Shown here piece after piece: positions 54,667 through 64,000 of a stretch of 64,000 nt of DNA (position 1 is its first letter; each line of letters begins with the position of its first letter). The stretch covers positions 51,956,716 to 52,020,715 of the forward strand of contig NC_068992.1 of the NCBI RefSeq assembly GCF_001194135.2, written 5' to 3'. Source of the DNA: Octopus bimaculoides. Lineage: Eukaryota. The notes beneath the pieces were generated by a model. The model ran no database searches, had not been told where the DNA came from, and saw nothing but the letters and a program-made list of their open reading frames with translations. A program made the position numbers and the translations under genes.

Positions 54667-54859
54667 AATATTATCCTCCAAGCCTCAATGATTACAGGTA
54701 CAGTAATTTGAGACCTCTATTTCAAGGTCCTTGATTTGCTTAACTTTTTAAATACTTTTACAGAAATCTGGCAGGCTGATTGACATATCGATGAGCAAAC
54801 ATGTCTTGTCAATGTGATTTTTCATCACCGTATCTGTCTATTGGTCTGCATTAATCAAT

Positions 54860-55218
54860 CAGTGTGAATACTGACAACTGGCACTCTGTCGGATATGACG
54901 ACAAGGGTTCCACTTGATCTGAACAATAGAACAGCCTGCTTATGAAATTAACGTGTTGATCACTCCACAAATATGTGAAGTTAATGTGGTTGAGCACATG
55001 TGTACCCTTAACGTAGTTCTTGGGGAGATCCCTTGTGACACAGATTGTGAAAAGGCTGGCCCTCTGGAATACAAGTACTATTCATTTTACCAGCTAATCG
55101 GACTGGAGAAGTTTGAAATATAGTGTTTTGCTCAAGGACACAATACATCACCAGGAATTGAACTCATGACCTTATTATCATGAGCCAAGTACCCTAAACA
55201 TTAGGCCACGTGCCTTCA
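54860..55218 (-). mobile_element. SINE family B, full length
   Basis: Reverse complement of the 28005 copy, with head gtggcctaatgtttagggt...gagttcaattcctggtgat...tgtccttgagcaa. Confidence 0.85.
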
Positions 55219-55230
55219 GGTGATGTCTTT

Positions 55231-55572
55231 ATTACATCCTCCTTAGCGAAGGCAAAGGTATTGTTTCAGTTGTGTTTGTTAGTCTTTGGACAAGATTTCT
55301 CAAGAACCGCAGGATGGATTCGGATGAAACTTTCAGAGATGGTTGGCCTCATGACTGGCATGAACTGATTAGACTTGGTGACCGATTTGGATTATATTTC
55401 CTGTTTTTTACTTAAGTTTAGAGAGCGGTTTGTTTCATTTTTAGTATTCTTGTTTGTAAGACCAGTCGAGTTTATTTCAGATATTCTCATTTTAAAAATC
55501 ATTTCTGGCTAATCATTGTGAGGACGTTGGTGCTGCCTTGGCAGAGGTTTGCCCTCTCTGAGTGCTCTTGCT
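55231..55572 (+). mobile_element. Helentron-associated (HINE/DINE-like) non-autonomous element
   Basis: 5' attac...cctt-agcg-aagg hairpin and tgtttgtt tract; 3' gccttggcagaggtttgccctctctgagtgct end, an architecture I recall from HINE-type elements. Confidence 0.5.
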
Positions 55573-57234
55573 TTCTCCTACTTTGGTAGGTTTATGTTGA
55601 TCCTTTTCACAGCAAATCATCATCCTAACATACTTTCTCCTGCTTCAGTATGTTTCTCTAGAACATTCAGTAGTTAACTAAAATCTGATACCTTCAGATT
55701 TCTCATAGTGAGAAATTAAATTTTATTATATTTTTACTACAAAATCTGGATTTTTGTTATTTACTCTCTACTCTCGTAATTGCCTTTAAATACTAATTAT
55801 GTTTTAATATCAAAAAATTTAACATAAATAATTAATTTGTTTCACTCTGCGTTAGTAATCAAAATCATTACTTGTTTTTAAAAAGCAATGTTCTAATCAT
55901 TAGTTGTTTTGTTGAAATGATGTTACAAGTTTTGCTGAAATAATGTTAAAATACTGTCATTAGATTTTAATGCTTCTTCCTCGAAGCTAAATAATCAGGA
56001 TTCTCTAAATGTTGTTTTTTAGTCTAGAGATTGGATTAGTTAAAAACAAATTACAAAAGTATAGTCATATATTTTTATCAGTTGTTTTTTTTTTTAATAT
56101 TTCAACAAATTCTTTATATTTTTATGACAGTATTATACTGTTTAAAATCTAGTTACATACATAATTTTGAGTAAAGATTTTAAAAATATTTGCGATAAAA
56201 AAACAAAAAAACTAGGAAAAGAAAACTTTACCACATATAAAAACATTCTTAATTATGTCTCTAGGTAATAATTTGAATATAATTATGTAATAGAATATTA
56301 AGTAATGAATATGTTTTTGAAGATCTCAAGATGGTACAGCAAAAGATAGTAAAGTATATATCTTAAATATCAAGTAGTTTACTATCTTTGACAAGACTAG
56401 TATATATATNNNNNNNNNNNNNNNNNNNNNNNNNNNNNNNNNNNNNNNNNNNNNNNNNNNNNNNNNNNNNNNNNNNNNNNNNNNNNNNNNNNNNNNNNNN
56501 NNNNNNNNNNNNNNNNNNNNNNNNNNNNNNNNNNNNNNNNNNNNNNNNNNNNNNNNNNNNNNNNNNNNNNNNNNNNNNNNNNNNNNNNNNNNNNNNNNNN
56601 NNNNNNNNNNNNNNNNNNNNNNNNNNNNNNNNNNNNNNNNNNNNNNNNNNNNNNNNNNNNNNNNNNNNNNNNNNNNNNNNNNNNNNNNNNNNNNNNNNNN
56701 NNNNNNNNNNNNNNNNNNNNNNNNNNNNNNNNNNNNNNNNNNNNNNNNNNNNNNNNNNNNNNNNNNNNNNNNNNNNNNNNNNNNNNNNNNNNNNNNNNNN
56801 NNNNNNNNNNNNNNNNNNNNNNNNNNNNNNNNNNNNNNNNNNNNNNNNNNNNNNNNNNNNNNNNNNNNNNNNNNNNNNNNNNNNNNNNNNNNNNNNNNNN
56901 NNNNNNNNNNNNNNNNNNNNNNNNNNNNATATATATATATATATATACACATATATATATATAGATATTCATGAAACACAGACAAAAGTCAATATGTTTC
57001 ACTTATGATGAACTAGTTGCTGTTAATAAGTAAATAAAACTTTGAAGCCATGAAGTTTATATTTCACGATCAGAACTGTCGAAGCATGGAAGAAACCATC
57101 ATTTTAGCTGTTAATTCTCAGGGCAGTGTGTCCTTCAAAAAAAATTCTGAAATGCCTATGTGCCCAATCCTCTCTATGGCTCTTTCACTATTTATTTTTC
57201 TACCTTGAGGCTTATCTTGTGTACTATATTTGTA

Positions 57235-57607
57235 CGTTTACTTGTTTCATTCATTTAACTGTGGCCATGCTGGAGCAAGTCGACCCCAGGACTTATTCTT
57301 TGTAAGCCTAGTACTTATTCTATCAGTCTCTTATGCCGAACCACCAATTTACGGGGACCTAAACACACCAGCATCGGTTGTCAAGCGATGTTGGGGGGAC
57401 AAATACAGACACACAAACACACATACACATATATATATACATATATATACGACGGGCTTCTTTCAGTTTCTGTCTACCAAATCCACTTACAAGGCTTTGG
57501 TTGGCCCGAGGCTATAGTAGAAGACACTTGCCCAAGGTGCCACGCAGTGGGACTGAACCCAGAACTATGTGGATTGTAAGCAAGCTACTTACCACACAGC
57601 CACTCCT
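57235..57607 (-). mobile_element. Full-length SINE family A
   Basis: Same architecture as 39838-40225. Confidence 0.92.
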
Positions 57608-57662
57608 GATCATCTTTTCATCAACAATAGGATTACTGGCCATTCTAGGCTATTCCCCTTAC

Positions 57663-57777
57663 TTTCTGATCTATTTTTGAAGTTCTGAGATTCCCTTTCC
57701 AAGGCTTCTGCTCTTATTTCTTTTACTTCCACAATGGATCCCTCTGTTTCATTTATCCGTGCCTCAGTCTCAGTCGT
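57663..57777 (-). CDS. Candidate internal coding exon (phase 0 to 1), unknown protein
   Basis: Acceptor ttttactcatctcactgatag and donor AAA|gtaagg; only one frame open: TTETEARINETEGSIVEVKEIRAEALERESQNFKNRSE; non-repetitive, charged, coiled-coil-like; no homologue recognised. Confidence 0.45.
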
Positions 57778-58040
57778 CTATCAGTGAGATGAGTAAAATT
57801 GACACAAAAAGATGCAGAGAGTAATTAGGTTTGTGACGTGCTCACAACAGCCCCATCAGAGACTAAAGCAGCATAAGCAGTTCAAAGCATATATACAAGT
57901 CTTTATTTGATTTACTGATTTTTATATCACGTTAATAAAAGCTTATTATAAATTGTTTATGCTGCATATAAATTATATAGCATGGTGAATTTTTTCTTTT
58001 TTGTTTTTTGGCACATAAAATACACCATTTTGAGTGTGGC

Positions 58041-58300
58041 TGTTGCCAGTACTGCCTGACTGGCCTTCGTGCGGGTGACACATAAAAGCACCCACTACAC
58101 TCTCTGAGTGGTTGGCGTTAGGAAGGGCATCCAGCTGTANNNNNNNNNNTTAGGAAGGGCATCCAGCTGTAGAAACTCTGCCAAATCAGATTGGAGCCTG
58201 GTGTAGCCATCTGGTTTCACCAGTCCTCAGTCAAATTGTCGAACCCATGCTGGCATGGAAAGCGGACATTAAACGACGATGATGATGATGATGATGATGA
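58041..58300 (+). mobile_element. Family D SINE/LINE tail with (GAT)n
   Basis: ggttggcgttaggaagggcatccagctgtagaaactctgccaaatcag...aaacgacgatgatgat; interrupted by a 10-N gap. Confidence 0.88.
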
Positions 58301-59080
58301 TATTTTGTTTTCCTTTGTTACAGTAAATTGATACATATGTTATAAGTTTTCTCTGAGCCCTATCCATGTAACAGAGAGGTTACTGACACGAAATATAAAG
58401 CTTACAACCATTCTGTCAAGTTATAAAGTGCAAATGCCATAAAAACTAATTATGATTTAGCTTTTCAATTTTAAACTGGAAAACCATTGTATAGCTGTTT
58501 CTAAATAAAACTCCATATTTTCTTGCATTGGGAATCTATAGAAAAGTCTAATGGGATATGAATCTTTGTGAAGTGTTTATTAATATAAAGGGAAGCAAAA
58601 TTTCTAACAAAAATTGCTAACCAAATAAGATGAAGCAACTTTAAAAACAAGAGACAGATAATGAATATTTAATTAAGCATGAAACTTTATGCAGAGTCTT
58701 AATCACTGACTACAAACTAACTGTTTGCGTGAGAAAGAAAAAAAAAAGTAATTGAAATTTTGTGATTATCATAGTAAAATAAATGGAAGAAAAGTGGTGG
58801 TGGTGGTGGTAGGTCTGAAGTTTCATGTTCGGTGAATGAACTTAGTGTATAATGGAATTCAATGAAGTAGTATCTGTATGCAGGATTAAAACAACATAAA
58901 TCAATGAGAAAGAAAAGTGATATAAAACAAGCAAGGATAATAAACAGAAGCAATGTTCTGAGTTCAGGCTGAGAAATATTAACAAAAGTTAATTTTTGTA
59001 GACATTTACAAAAAAATAATCATTTTCAACTGCAATTAACAATTAGCTTCTGCACAACACTTCGTTTTTTTGCCATTCAT

Positions 59081-59305
59081 CTTTTACTTGTTTCAGTTGT
59101 TATACTGTGGCCATGCTGGTGCACTGCCTTGAAGAATTTATTGTCGTATGTATTGACCCCCAGTACATTATTAGTATTTTTTTTTTACAATGCCTGGTAC
59201 TTATACTATCAATCTCTTTTGCTGAACTGCTAAGTTACAGGGACATAAACACACTAACACTTATTGTCAAGTCGTGATGGGCGACAAATACAGACACAAC
59301 GACAC
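59081..59305 (-). mobile_element. SINE family A 3' half (partner of 61144-61298)
   Basis: ttttacttgtttcag...ggacataaacacact...gacaaatacagacac followed by microsatellite. Confidence 0.8.
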
Positions 59306-59399
59306 ACACACATAGATATACACATATGCATATATATTTATATATGTGTATATATATATAAATGGATAGATAGATATACATATATATACATACATATAT

Positions 59400-59696
59400 C
59401 ATCATCATCATCGTTTAACGTCCACTTTCCATGCTAGTATGGGTTGGACGATTTGACTGAGGACTGGTGAAACCGGATGGCAACACCAGGCTCCAGTCTG
59501 ATTTGGCAGAGTTTCTACAGCTGGATGCCCTTCCTAACGCCAACCACTCAGAGAGTGTAGTGGGTGCTTTTACGTGTCACCCGCACGAAAACGGCCACGC
59601 TCGAAATGGTGTCTTTTATGTGTCACCCGCACAAGCCAGTCCAGGGGCACTGGCAACGATCTCGCTCGAAAATCCTACAGGAGCCAGTCAGGCGGT
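59400..59696 (-). mobile_element. Family D SINE/LINE tail, little diverged, running into a gap
   Basis: Reverse complement of 58041-58300; internal subrepeat ctttta(c/t)gtgtcacccgcac twice. Confidence 0.9.
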
Positions 59697-60286
59697 NNNN
59701 NNNNNNNNNNNNNNNNNNNNNNNNNNNNNNNNNNNNNNNNNNNNNNNNNNNNNNNNNNNNNNNNNNNNNNNNNNNNNNNNNNNNNNNNNNNNNNNNNNNN
59801 NNNNNNNNNNNNNNNNNNNNNNNNNNNNNNNNNNNNNNNNNNNNNNNNNNNNNNNNNNNNNNNNNNNNNNNNNNNNNNNNNNNNNNNNNNNNNNNNNNNN
59901 NNNNNNNNNNNNNNNNNNNNNNNNNNNNNNNNNNNNNNNNNNNNNNNNNNNNNNNNNNNNNNNNNNNNNNNNNNNNNNNNNNNNNNNNNNNNNNNNNNNN
60001 NNNNNNNNNNNNNNNNNNNNNNNNNNNNNNNNNNNNNNNNNNNNNNNNNNNNNNNNNNNNNNNNNNNNNNNNNNNNNNNNNNNNNNNNNNNNNNNNNNNN
60101 NNNNNNNNNNNNNNNNNNNNNNNNNNNNNNNNNNNNNNNNNNNNNNNNNNNNNNNNNNNNNNNNNNNNNNNNNNNNNNNNNNNNNNNNNNNNNNNNNNNN
60201 NNNNNNNNNNNNNNNNNNNNNNNNNNNNNNNNNNNNNNNNNNNNNNNNNNNNNNNNNNNNNNNNTATATATATATATATATATATA

Positions 60287-61133
60287 CAGGGTGTGATAGA
60301 TAAATTGTCACCATTTCATGTTTTTAATTTTGCACATGCACATTGTCTGTTTTTGATTTTGTCCCCTACACAGTGTAGTAGGGTCAGTTGGGTACTATCT
60401 GTGAGCAAAGCAGTACCACGATGCAATGCCTCTGCCAGAAATTTGGAAATGACATGCTGTACTACTTGGCATTCATACTGGAAGCTTCAGTACGAACATT
60501 TCAGAGTGTTTGGGTGTCAATATGAGGACATGTACCGAGAGTGATAAAAATGAAACCTACAGCCAACATCATGGTGTTTGGAGTGATCACTAGTGATGGC
60601 AATGTTATGCCTATGTTCGTCTTCCCACACAACCTCAGACTCAACACGGAGACCTAAATCGAGGAGAGAGTGCTGCTCTGGGTCAAGAAGGTGGCTGCTG
60701 GAAGACCCTATGTCTGGCAACAGGACTCTGCACCATGCCTCACAAGCAGGGGAACCCAGTCATGGGCTATCAGACAATTTCTGTTACCACATCACCTCTA
60801 GCATCTGGCCACTTAACTCCCCAACCTGCAAACCCCTTGATTATTATATGTGGAGCACAGGTGAGTGAGAGATCGACAAAACTCATTGTAACACCAAAGA
60901 TGAACTGAAGGCAAGGATTATGGCAGCATTCATCAGCTTAAACAAGGAGAGCATCCAGAAGAATTGAAGTCATCTGGGGCCATGGTTGAAGCGAATGGCG
61001 ATTTTATTGAATAAATTTACTCTAGCATTTCAAGATATTTTAATGTAATTTTGGTAAATATATGTCAAAATGAGATGTCAGTGCTAATTTAATTTTTGCA
61101 TAATTTAGACAACAGTTTATTCACTGCACCCTG
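60287..61133 (+). mobile_element. Internally deleted DD37D (maT/mori) Tc1/mariner transposon
   Basis: CAGGGTG...CACCCTG termini with TA at left. Transposase relic ATG 60426 to TAA 61014: IMVFGVITSDG...WQQDSAPC...WPLNSPTCKPLDYY...MVEANGDFIE. 37 residues lie between the second and third D after correcting one 1-nt insertion. Confidence 0.92.
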
Positions 61134-61143
61134 TGTGTGTATA

Positions 61144-61298
61144 TACGATGGGATTCTTTCAGTTTCTGTCTACCAAATCCATACTCAAAGCTTTGGTTGA
61201 CCTGAGGCCATAATAGAAGAACCTTCCCAAGGTGCCATGCAGTGAGACTGAACCTGGAATCATGTAATTGGGAAGTAAGCTTCTTACCACACAGCCAC
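61144..61298 (-). mobile_element. SINE family A 5' half
   Basis: tacgatgggattctttcagtttctgtctaccaaatcc...cccaaggtgcc...cttaccacacagccac. Confidence 0.88.
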
Positions 61299-62459
61299 GA
61301 TGTTAAAAAAATTTATTTTTGTAGACTCTTATAAAAAAATAATCATTTTCAGCTGTAATTAACAATTAGCTTCTGTGAAACGCTTCTATATAACATTTCT
61401 GTGGAACTTTTATCCATCAAACAGCGAGAATAAAATTGTTGGATATATCTGTAATGTAAACGTAATGATTTTAGAATGTAGCTGAGTTGTGAGGATAACT
61501 TCGATTTGAAGCATGTGTTTTGAATGCAATGGATGAAAGTCAGATATGAATGAATGATGAGGATACATGGTGGAAGTGAAAAGACAGGAAATAGCTAAAA
61601 TTCTAATAGTTAATCTGACAAGTTAGCTTGTCAGCAATGGCCAAAGAATGCTAAAGCCCTTGCTAAGCAGGACTATAAAGATAAGCTTTAGATTATGCTG
61701 TTGATATTCAGTTTGAACTTGTGCAACTCAGTGGATGGTGATAACTCATAGGAGAGGAGATATTAGGGAGAGATCCAAATCTTAAGAAGAAAAGTTGATT
61801 GAAGAATTTAATATGTTAATTTAATATAACAATGTAACAAAACTATAACAACCCACTTCGATCCAGAGCAGAGAAAACAATTTCGTGCAGACCTCACAAG
61901 TTTTTTAAAAACTTCATACAGACTCGACATTTATTACAGACATACACACATGCACACACACACATACATACATACATGCATCTGTCAACACTGTCAAGAC
62001 CAGAAATTGAATCTTGACATTATGGTCATGAGCTAAAGACTAACCACTAGGCCACACATCTTCACCCCCCCCCCACCTCACCATATATATTTCGGTACAA
62101 AAACATAGTGGTTGTGGTGGTGGTGGTGGAAATGGCACCAGTTGCTTCCAATCAGAGCAATCAAAATATTCTTCCATTTGGCTTTTCTGTTACCATTACT
62201 ATCTGTTCGTTAAAACTCCTCATAACAGTATTTGCTGTTTTTTACACACTTCTTTTTTTAATCCTGACATTACAAGAAGCAAGATTTGAACTCACATCCA
62301 CAGAACCAAAAGTGATACATCAGGAAGAAAATCCAAATATAAATACTCTACCTTAAGCAGAACATATAAACAAGACACCGAACTTTGACCTACCTGCAAG
62401 TAAGAACTGGTTAGGTATATGAAAATTCATCCCCCTCGTAACATGGAAAGCAAATGGAA

Positions 62460-62595
62460 AAACAATGGCGGCAATGACGACAAGGATGACAAGGATGACA
62501 ATGATGACAACTGTGATGATGATGACAAAAGTAATGGTGTTGACATGGAAAATGACAATAGCAATGATGACAACGAAGACAATGATGATGATAAC
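62460..62595. repeat. Cryptic (GAT/GAC/AAT) trinucleotide low-complexity tract
   Basis: Directly visible; explains the D/N/M-rich ORFs. Confidence 0.85.
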
Positions 62596-63174
62596 ATGTA
62601 CAGATCTCTCTGGCAGCTTCATTCTAGATACATTGTTTAACACAACAATCACCCTTTATATATCAGCTTTCCAACATATAAACAGACTCTGTTCACACAC
62701 TTTGACAGTGTTAAGCTTTTTAATATGTGAGCGTACACCTATATTTACACACACACTGGCACACACATATGCATACAAACACACGCGTATATACGTGAGT
62801 GTAAATGTATTGCTTCTAGTCTTTCATTTATGGAGTTATTTTTGTATGAACGCAAAATATGTTTCAATTTTTTTAATACAAAAACAATCAAATGCTTTAT
62901 TTTTCTGAATTTATCTCTTCACATGCAGCCAATCAAATGCTTCTTCTTTTTCTCTCCATTTCCTGAGTATTTCTTTAAACAGTTCCAAATTTCAGTGTTA
63001 TTGTTTGACAACCAGAGTTATGAAATTTAAAACTTGCATCAATAATAAAATATATTTTGATAGTGAACATGCAGCATATCTCAATATGTATGGGTCTGTA
63101 TGTGTGCTGCATGTTTATATACATATACACGTATAACCATATATACATGCATACATAGAGTTGAAATTTACAGA

Positions 63175-63305
63175 AAATCAAAAAACGAAGACAATTGTAT
63201 AAACAATAAGCAGGTGTATTAATTTGATGGTCGGGAAGGTGAGAAAGTCTTTTACGTTTCGATCCTTTGCTCTTCAAAAGAAAGGAACACGAGGAAATAA
63301 ACAGA
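63175..63305 (-). mobile_element. Possible Penelope-like terminal remnant carrying a hammerhead-like motif
   Basis: Minus-strand cttt-CTTTTGA-A-GAGCAAAGGATC-GAAACGTA-aaag at 63249-63284; element assignment is inference. Confidence 0.45.
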
Positions 63306-63306
63306 G

Positions 63307-63359
<53 letters not shown>

Positions 63360-64000
63360 GGTGCGTGCCATCAGTAATTACTCAGGGTAGGCAGTTGGCA
63401 ATATTTTTGTAAAAAAACGCACAAAAAAATAAGCGAAACACAGATACACGACTGAGTTGAAGGCAGATCTATTTCTGCATTTATAGCACATAAAGAAAAC
63501 GGTGTTGTAGAAATGTACACAGTTTGTGTACTACAGCAGTACTATGCATAGCTTAAATAGTGAGACTGGAAAGCAGCGGAAAATTATGCCTACCTAATCT
63601 ACAAAAACATAAAACAATTTGCATTTTATGCATAGTAATCAGAGTAACCTTCATAATTTTATTGAATAAGGGCATATTTTGCCATGAGAGAAAAATATTG
63701 CTATCAATCTAGGCAGCATGTCTCTGGTATATATATATATATATATAACCGAAAAATTAGCATCTAACAGTGTTTAGGCATAAGCAAAATTTAGGTTATT
63801 TGAAATATATTTGTGACATATCTCAACTGCTAAAAGGTAAATACACTGCAGTTATCATAGATAAAATGTTCCTCTTTTAGCAAAAAAAAAAACCGTGGAA
63901 ACACCCTAACTGTTCAGTGTTGCCATCTATCAGGAATCTCAGACAACGATGTTTCTTGCTCGTTGGCTTTTATAAATGGGAGGTACAAAAGAGAGACAAC

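Noticed and set aside
58119-58170. 22-bp direct repeat ttaggaagggcatccagctgta
   Set aside because: Straddles a 10-N gap; overlapping contig ends, an assembly artefact
62352-62393. 42-nt minus-strand micro-exon VGQSSVSCLYVLLK as a standalone feature
   Set aside because: Donor gtagag is weak; kept only as a possible partner of the 57.7 kb exon
2996-63412. Most ORF-track entries (YI, HT, VC, poly-X, poly-D/M/I peptides)
   Set aside because: Translations of AT, AC and trinucleotide microsatellites or of N gaps (e.g. 32710-33231, 50884-51505, 56410-56928, 59697-60264)
63386-63594. MITE defined by ggtaggca / tgcctacc
   Set aside because: An 8-bp inverted match with no TSD; could be chance

Overview
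AT-rich eukaryotic (animal) genomic DNA, packed with microsatellites and with many N gaps, most of them bordered by (AT)n. The repeat families (several tRNA-derived SINEs, Dong/R4, Penelope, Tc1/mariner, piggyBac MITEs) point to an octopus/coleoid cephalopod draft assembly; this is an inference from recalled repeat sequences, not a search. I recognise no intact protein-coding gene, RNA gene or CRISPR array. Almost all listed ORFs are microsatellite or gap artefacts. Well supported: decayed mariner (DD34D-type), Tc1 and DD37D/maT transposons, Dong/R4, Penelope, CR1/L2-like and L1-like LINE relics, many SINE copies, several foldback elements and two minisatellites. Most worth following up: a minus-strand spliced unit with strong splice signals but no long ORF (about 41.6-43.5 kb), one coding-like minus-strand exon (57663-57777), two degenerate hammerhead-ribozyme-like motifs, an isolated perfect 18-bp hairpin, a split SINE flanked by an ~88-bp direct repeat, and several long inverted repeats that could be dsRNA/ADAR substrates. 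I did not find a clearly new multi-gene system.
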